From positions 75,182 to 107,181 of the forward strand of contig JBBSDP010000011.1 in the NCBI GenBank assembly GCA_038240605.1: a stretch of DNA of 32,000 nt, in the 5' to 3' direction. Every line of letters begins with the position of its first letter. Position 1 is the stretch's first letter. The stretch comes from Tepidisphaerales bacterium. GTDB taxonomy: Bacteria > Planctomycetota > Phycisphaerae > Tepidisphaerales > Tepidisphaeraceae. Of this stretch, positions 27,064 to 32,000 are shown piece by piece. A program made the translations under genes and the position numbers. The notes under the pieces were generated by a model. The model was given only the letters and a program-made list of their open reading frames with translations. It was not told where the DNA came from and made no database searches.

Positions 27064-28596
27064 TCAGGCCTCAGCGGCGACCACCCCCGCGACGCGCAGG
27101 GCGTTGGCGATGATCGTCAGCGCCGGGCCCACGCCCAGCGACGTCGGAAAGAAACTCCCGTCGACGACAAAGACATTCGGATGCCCGAACACCCGGCAAT
27201 CCCGCCACAGGACCGCTTCGCGCGGGTCGGTGCCGAATCGCAGCGTCCCGCACTGGTGGGCCACGTGCTCCTCCGATGCAAATCCGCTGTTCAGGCAGAG
27301 CATCGCCCCCGCGCGATACAGGATCCGCGACATCAATTCCCGGAGCGTCTTCCCCCGTTCCAGGTCATACGCGCCAAAGCGATGGGCGATGCGCGGCCGG
27401 CCATCCGCGCCCCACGACACGGCGTTCGACGGATCCGGCAAATCTTCGATGATGCCGACCAGCGGCAGGATGCGCCGCCGCAGGAACTGAATCAGCCAGC
27501 GCGGCAGAAAAGCCGGCGCCGATTTCGCCGCCAGCAGCGGCCCCGGCACCGGCAGCGACTGCACCAGCCCCAGCTTGTGCGCATAGGCCGGCGTCCCAAA
27601 GTAATAATCCGCGAACCCCACCTGCTTCACGAAATTCGAATCCGCCTCCGTCCGCCCGCGAAACATCCCCGCCACGATCGGCGAAAGATGAACCATGTAA
27701 TTCCGCCCGATCAGCGGCGCGTTCGCCCCCGACTTCAGCAACACCAAAGGCGAACCCAGCGCCCCCGCCGCCAGCACATATCGGCTTCCCCGGTAAACCG
27801 TCCGCGCCCCGCTCCCCCGATCCACCGCTTCGACACCCTGCGCTTCCCCCCTCCCATCCAGCAGCAGTCGCTCCACTTCGGCGTTCGTCACCACCCGCAA
27901 CGGCAACCCGTCGGCCACCGCCTGATCCAGCAACTGCGCGGAGGATTTGCGCGCCCCGGTCGGGCAGATGTAACCGGCGCACACGTTGCACTGAATGCAG
28001 CGCGACGAATCGATCGCCAGCGGAAGCCGGAACGGACGCAGCCCCTCGGCGCGATTCCCGTCGATCAGCCGTCGATTCATCGGATGCAGCGGCAACGGCC
28101 CGGCCGTCGTCACATGACGCGGACGGTGCAGCGGACCAAAGTCCGCGTCGGCGTCGTCCGCGCAGCCGCACACCCCGAAAAGCCGTTCGGCTTCGGTGTA
28201 GTGCGCCTCCAGCTCGTCGTATTGAACCGGCCAGTCCCAGATCGCCCGCGGAATACGGCTCCCGTAATGCCGCCCCGGCTGAAAATCATCCCGGCTCGGC
28301 CGCAATAGTGCCGCCCCGTACAAGCTCGTCCCCCCACCCAGCACGCCCCCCATGTAAAGCCGTTTGCTCGCCCCGTTCACCTCGACATCGCGGTCATCGT
28401 ACGGCTTTTTCTCAATCAGCATCGCCCGTTCATCATGCCCCTGGGCATCGATGCCCGGCCCGCCGGATCGTTCCGCCCCATACCGTTTCCCGCGCTCCAG
28501 CAGGATCACCGACTTGCCCGCCCTGGCACAGGCATACGCCAGCGTAGCGCCCCCCGCGCCGCTGCCAATGACGATCACATCACCATCATGCGCCAT
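27064..28596 (-). CDS. GMC family oxidoreductase
   Basis: MAHDGDVIVIGSGAGGATLAYACARAGKSVILLERG (FAD GxGxxG), LYMGGVLGGGTSLYGAALLRPSRDDF, YVLAAGALGSPLVLLKSG, C-terminal NVFVVDGSFFPTSLGVGPALTIIANALRVA. Confidence 0.92.
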   Translation of the reverse strand: MAHDGDVIVIGSGAGGATLAYACARAGKSVILLERGKRYGAERSGGPGIDAQGHDERAMLIEKKPYDDRDVEVNGASKRLYMGGVLGGGTSLYGAALLRPSRDDFQPGRHYGSRIPRAIWDWPVQYDELEAHYTEAERLFGVCGCADDADADFGPLHRPRHVTTAGPLPLHPMNRRLIDGNRAEGLRPFRLPLAIDSSRCIQCNVCAGYICPTGARKSSAQLLDQAVADGLPLRVVTNAEVERLLLDGRGEAQGVEAVDRGSGARTVYRGSRYVLAAGALGSPLVLLKSGANAPLIGRNYMVHLSPIVAGMFRGRTEADSNFVKQVGFADYYFGTPAYAHKLGLVQSLPVPGPLLAAKSAPAFLPRWLIQFLRRRILPLVGIIEDLPDPSNAVSWGADGRPRIAHRFGAYDLERGKTLRELMSRILYRAGAMLCLNSGFASEEHVAHQCGTLRFGTDPREAVLWRDCRVFGHPNVFVVDGSFFPTSLGVGPALTIIANALRVAGVVAAEA

Positions 28597-28641
28597 CCAT
28601 GCTCCGCGGGATTCACCCAACCTGCGCGCACGTTCAGGCAA

Positions 28642-28670
28642 TTACCTTTGATTTACAAGTGCGATACAAT
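28642..28670 (+). promoter_or_regulatory. Possible promoter upstream of the winged-helix-like gene
   Basis: TTACCT (28642-28647) - 17 nt - TACAAT (28665-28670). The -35 is weak. Confidence 0.25.
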
Positions 28671-28764
28671 CCATTTAACCAAACCTTCACCCGACCTTCG
28701 CGCAGCGACGTGAGGCGACAGCCGTACCATCGATCCGCTGATCAACGAGCCGAGGGAACCTGAC

Positions 28765-29034
28765 ATGACCGACGCAAACGAAATCAGCCCATCCGTCCTG
28801 CGGGCCATCTACCAGATCTCCGGCTTCACCCCCGCCCCCGTCACCGTCGCCCAGATCACCGACGTCATTCCCCTCCCGGCAGATCAGTTCGGACCCATCC
28901 TCCAACACCTCGAGTCCCAGGGCTGGATCCGAACCGACGCCGCCAGCGAATCCCTCCAGCTCACCCCCCAGGGCATCCAACAAGCCAGCACGATTCCGCC
29001 GGTGGCCGAGCCGCCGCTGTTTCAGGATATTTGA
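28765..29034 (+). CDS. Small winged-helix-like (MarR-ish) protein
   Basis: MTDANEISPSVLRAIYQISGFTPAPVTVAQITDVIPLPADQFGPILQHLESQGWIRTDAASESLQLTPQG has the helix-turn-helix-wing pattern. SD-like GAGGGAA upstream. Confidence 0.6.
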   Translation: MTDANEISPSVLRAIYQISGFTPAPVTVAQITDVIPLPADQFGPILQHLESQGWIRTDAASESLQLTPQGIQQASTIPPVAEPPLFQDI

Positions 29035-29140
29035 GGAATGTCGTTTGGGGATAAAGTTCGTGGGCAACCTGTTGATAAGCGGATTCGGGTCTGTCCCACG
29101 AGTTGTCAAGGTGCATGAAGATGCGTTAGTCTGCACGGTC

Positions 29141-29728
29141 GTGAGCACAAAATATCCAGAACTTGCCGAGTTGATCAAGCAGAAGTCTTTGCGGTGGGGC
29201 ATGTTTATGCTCGCCAGCGGCAAATCATCGAAATATTACATCGATGGCAAACTGACCTCCATGGACCCCGCGGGAGCGGCCTGTATTGCCAGGGCAATCC
29301 TCAGTGAAATCGATGGGATGCCGGTTCACGCGGTAGGAGGCATGGACATGGGTGCCACGCCCATCATGGGTGCCGTCGCCTGTACCAGCCACCATGCCCG
29401 GCGGCCATTGCCAACCTTCATTGTGCGCAAGGACGTTAAGTCGCACGGCACGATGAAGCTGATCGAAGGGCCGATTCCTGAAGCGCCCTGTAACGTCGTC
29501 ATCGTTGATGATGTGGTGACAACCGGCGACTCGATCCTCAAGGCGATTGATGCGGTAACGGCCAAGGGCATCACGGTGCTGTTGGCGATTTCCGTGCTTG
29601 ATCGGAATGCCGGAGCCGCGGAGGCGCTTAAAAAACGTGGCATTCCCTACCAGCCACTCGTCACTCTGCGGGACATCGGAGTAAACGATGGCGAAAGTCG
29701 ATCAAGCAGCCAATTCGGCACTGGCTAA
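29141..29728 (+). CDS. pyrE: Orotate phosphoribosyltransferase
   Basis: MSTKYPELAELIKQKSLRWGMFMLASGKSSKYYIDGKLTSMDPAG, RKDVKSHGTMKLIEGPI, NVVIVDDVVTTGDSILKAIDA (PRPP-binding motif). Start assigned to GTG at 29141; the track's TTG at 29045 adds a non-homologous leader. Confidence 0.93.
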   Translation: MSTKYPELAELIKQKSLRWGMFMLASGKSSKYYIDGKLTSMDPAGAACIARAILSEIDGMPVHAVGGMDMGATPIMGAVACTSHHARRPLPTFIVRKDVKSHGTMKLIEGPIPEAPCNVVIVDDVVTTGDSILKAIDAVTAKGITVLLAISVLDRNAGAAEALKKRGIPYQPLVTLRDIGVNDGESRSSSQFGTG

Positions 29729-30019
29729 CTTCTGCTCGCAAACGGTTCAGCGCCTTCAGCGAAGTGAATAGCCCTCGTGGATTTGTTTTGAAGGCCGCCT
29801 TCGCGCGAGCGAGCATATCCGCAATGATCGTCAGCCCTCATGCTGCGTGACAGTCCGTTGATCGCATTCGTGGCGACGCAGGACGCCGGACGGGCGCGGG
29901 CGTTTTCTCGCTACTGGCTTCTCCACTTTCCCCCCTCTGGGATGAATCCAGAATTTCCTTGGCGTCCTGGCGCCTTGGCGGTTCAAATCCGTATTCTCTT
30001 TATTGAAAGGAGCCACATC

Positions 30020-30595
30020 ATGAGGAATCGAAATCGATCGATCGTCGCGCTGCTCGGGATCGCGCTCGCGGCCGGCGGCATCGTCCCGCGCAGCGCCCGC
30101 AGCGCCGATGAGAAGCCGAAGCCCGAGGAGCGGAAGACCGACGCGAAAGAGCAGCCGAAGCCCAACGAGAAGGCCTCGCCGCTCGACACGATCCGCGCCC
30201 TGGCCGGCACGTGGGTGGCGGTTGAAACCGAGGCGGACAAGCCACCGGCGACGATCGTCTTCAAATCCACCTCCGCCGACAGCGCCGTCATGGAGACGAT
30301 GTTTCCCGGCTCCGATCACGAGATGATCAACCTGTACACGCTCGACGGCGACGTCCTCACCCTCACCCACTACTGCTCCATGGGCAACCAGCCGCGCATG
30401 CGACTCGCCCCCAGCGACGACGGCGCCCTCCACTTCGACTACGCCGACGCCGGCAACCTCAAGAGCCGCGCCGAGCCCCACATGGACAGCGTCCAGATCA
30501 CGATCCAAGGCGATCGTCTGACAGAAAAGTGGGCCATGTACCGCGACGGGAAGATCACCGGCTACCACTCGTTCGAATTGAAGCGAAAGGGGTGA
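30020..30595 (+). CDS. Secreted TIGR03067-domain-like protein
   Basis: MRNRNRSIVALLGIALAAGGIVPRSARSADEKPKPEERK signal/low-complexity leader, then IRALAGTWVAVETEADKPPATIVFKST...MINLYTLDGDVLTLTHYCSMGNQPRMR (lipocalin-like). Confidence 0.7.
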   Translation: MRNRNRSIVALLGIALAAGGIVPRSARSADEKPKPEERKTDAKEQPKPNEKASPLDTIRALAGTWVAVETEADKPPATIVFKSTSADSAVMETMFPGSDHEMINLYTLDGDVLTLTHYCSMGNQPRMRLAPSDDGALHFDYADAGNLKSRAEPHMDSVQITIQGDRLTEKWAMYRDGKITGYHSFELKRKG

Positions 30596-30600
30596 AAATG

Positions 30601-30911
30601 GTCAGTTGCCAGTTGTCCGTTGTCCGTTGTCCGTTGTTCTTGGTCAGTTGTCAGTGGTCAGTTGTCGGGAAAAGGAAGAAGTTCCGCGTATTGGCCAACT
30701 TGAATGCTCAGTGCGCTCCGCGTTCTCTGTGGCCTCCGCGCTTATGCGAATGGGTCCGCGCGAGCCAGTGGCCACCGAGGGCACGGAGAACACCGAGAGG
30801 CACAATGGCCTGATCGAGGCTGCGCACAACGGACAACTGACAACTGACAACCGACAACTGACAACTGACAACGGACCACTGACATCTTCACGACAACGGA
30901 CAACTGACAAA
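30601..30911. repeat. Composite inverted-repeat element with 7-bp-periodic (CAGTTGT)/(ACAACTG) arms
   Basis: Left arm 30601-30668 has period-7 units CAGTTGC CAGTTGT CCGTTGT CCGTTGT CCGTTGT... CAGTTGT CAGTGGT CAGTTGT. Right arm 30827-30911 has the complementary orientation (ACAACTG ACAACTG ACAACCG ACAACTG ACAACTG ACAACGG...). Inner imperfect inverted pair: GTTCTCTGTGGCCTC versus GAGGGCACGGAGAAC. Confidence 0.75.
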
Positions 30912-30915
30912 AACA

Positions 30916-31377
30916 ATGCCAGACGACCCACCCCACCCGTCGCCGCCCCGGCCGCCGCCCCCATCGCCACCCACAGTCGCGCCCGACCCGACGGCCAACC
31001 TCGACGAGGTCGTCGATGACCTGGGTCCGAAGGAAGAATGTGCCGACTGGATCCTCGCGCAGATGACCGCCGGCCGTCCCGCCGAAGACCTGACGGCGGA
31101 GCTGATCGACCAGGGTTGGAACCCCGACGACGCCGAATCCCTGGTCGAGTACGTCCGCCGGGCCACACGGCATGAGCGTGGCGTGGTCACGCGCGAGGAC
31201 GTCGCGCGAACCGCCGTCCGCCGTTACCGCCAGAGCTGGTCCCTCACCTGGTTCGCCGGCTTCCCCGCCATCGCCTCCGGCGTCCGTCTCGTCGGCGCCC
31301 TCCGCAACCTGCTCGGCTTCCGGCGTGTCACCAAAGGAACTCCGCCGTCGGGGGAAGAAAATAGGCCGTTTGAATAG
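30916..31377 (+). CDS. Hypothetical protein
   Basis: ORF MPDDPPHPSPPRPPPPSPPTVAPDPTANLDEVVDDLGPKEECADWILAQMTAGRPAEDLTAELIDQGWNPDDAESLVEYVRRATRH..., a plausible acidic helical body after a Pro-rich head. True start may be downstream. Confidence 0.5.
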   Translation: MPDDPPHPSPPRPPPPSPPTVAPDPTANLDEVVDDLGPKEECADWILAQMTAGRPAEDLTAELIDQGWNPDDAESLVEYVRRATRHERGVVTREDVARTAVRRYRQSWSLTWFAGFPAIASGVRLVGALRNLLGFRRVTKGTPPSGEENRPFE

Positions 31378-31516
31378 CCGGTGGTGCGATGCGTTGGGAA
31401 TGGTCGCGGAGAGCACGGAAAGATGCAAAGTACACCGAGAGCGAAGCCTCTTGTTGGACCCCTGCTTGCATTCCATGACCTTATCTGCGGGGAGGTGAAT
31501 GAGATGTCGGCGGAAG

Positions 31517-31870
31517 TCAATTGCCCGTAACGCTGGTTTGACGATATGTCACAGATCCCGCTTGCTTCATGTTGTCCGCTGGGATACTTGACACCATCGC
31601 CACGGTTATTTGGGCGATTACATCGTCCTCTTCAAGAGCAAAATGAAACGGGCCGAGGTTTGAAATTTCCAGTGTTACTTTACCTGACCAGCTTGCATGG
31701 ATGGTTGGAGCCGTGAGATGAACCAGCAGGCCAGTACGGGCGCGCGTACTCTTGCCGTCGATGAAGCAAATCAAATTCGCCCCATCTTCGGGCGTGCCGA
31801 CGCGTTCCTTGGTTTGCCAGAGCAAGAACCCGTGAGGCTTGATGACGATCTCGTTGCCGCGCTTAGAACC
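31517..31870 (-). pseudogene. dCTP deaminase/dUTPase-family gene lacking its N-terminal part
   Basis: Minus-strand frame GNEIVIKPHGFLLWQTKERVGTPEDGANLICFIDGKSTRARTGLLVHLTAPTIHASWSGKVTLEISNLGPFHFALEEDDVIAQIT matches the C-terminal core of dCTP deaminases. No ATG/GTG upstream; roughly 70 N-terminal residues missing. Confidence 0.75.
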
Positions 31871-31880
31871 CGTCCAAAAA

Positions 31881-32000
31881 CTACTCCGTGTTTTTCTGGT
31901 GGGGGCGAATCGTGTAGTTCCACTGAGGGCAGACCTCGTGGCGGGTCAGTTGGATTGCTTGGAACTCGGCCTTGGTGACCTTCAAGCCTTTCTGATAGGT
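31881..32000 (-). mobile_element. C-terminal end of an ISAzo13-family-like transposase, runs off the window
   Basis: Minus-strand translation TYQKGLKVTKAEFQAIQLTRHEVCPQWNYTIRPHQKNTE* resembles the conserved terminal segment of ISAzo13-type transposases (...Y.tGlkv...L.ltph..cp.WNYTI.P). Stop at 31881-31883. Confidence 0.65.

Noticed and set aside
26344-28308. 654-aa plus-strand ORF opposite PSD/GMC
   Set aside because: Spans two well-supported minus-strand genes; composition is that of a shadow frame.
31224-31520. 98-aa minus-strand ORF overlapping the hypothetical gene end
   Set aside because: No motif; overlaps the antisense side of a more plausible ORF.
1-32000. CRISPR array
   Set aside because: The only short-period array (30.6-30.9 kb) is a 7-bp-periodic low-complexity repeat without unique spacers of 25-40 bp, and no cas-like protein is present.
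1-32000. tRNA or rRNA genes
   Set aside because: No TTCRANNC-type T-loop with matching acceptor stem or rRNA-like conserved segment was noticed by eye. The GGTTCAAATCC stretch near 29980 lacks the rest of a tRNA fold. A tRNAscan run would be needed for certainty.

Overview
This is a GC-rich chromosomal window. Planctomycete affinity is my inference, from the TIGR03067-type protein, the repeat style and codon usage. In order it carries: a partial Ldh2-type malate/lactate dehydrogenase and a D-2-hydroxyacid dehydrogenase, divergent from an orphan sugar-type solute-binding lipoprotein; a CobA-HemD fusion; an orphan MNT nucleotidyltransferase beside a ParD/ParE pair; a methyltransferase; a hemolysin-III-family membrane protein; a TetR regulator divergent from a complete RND efflux operon, with a perfect 9-8-9 inverted repeat between them; a remnant SDR gene with its middle missing; a GH2-family glycosidase; a methyltransferase and an SQD2-like GT4 glycosyltransferase converging on a compact five-gene minus-strand cluster; a small winged-helix-like protein; pyrE; a TIGR03067-type protein; and, at the right edge, an ISAzo13-like transposase C-terminus abutting a 5'-truncated dCTP-deaminase-like gene. 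The strongest candidate for something undescribed is the 21.5-28.6 kb cluster. It encodes a GMC oxidoreductase, a phosphatidylserine-decarboxylase family protein, a Rossmann/epimerase-like + FAD-binding fusion, a tandem (pseudo-aminotransferase + active aminotransferase) PLP protein, and a small membrane protein. The FAD-fusion gene also carries a MITE-like 183-bp in-frame insertion with a perfect 11-bp direct duplication, near-perfect 12-bp terminal inverted repeats and nested hairpins. No tRNA, rRNA or CRISPR was found.
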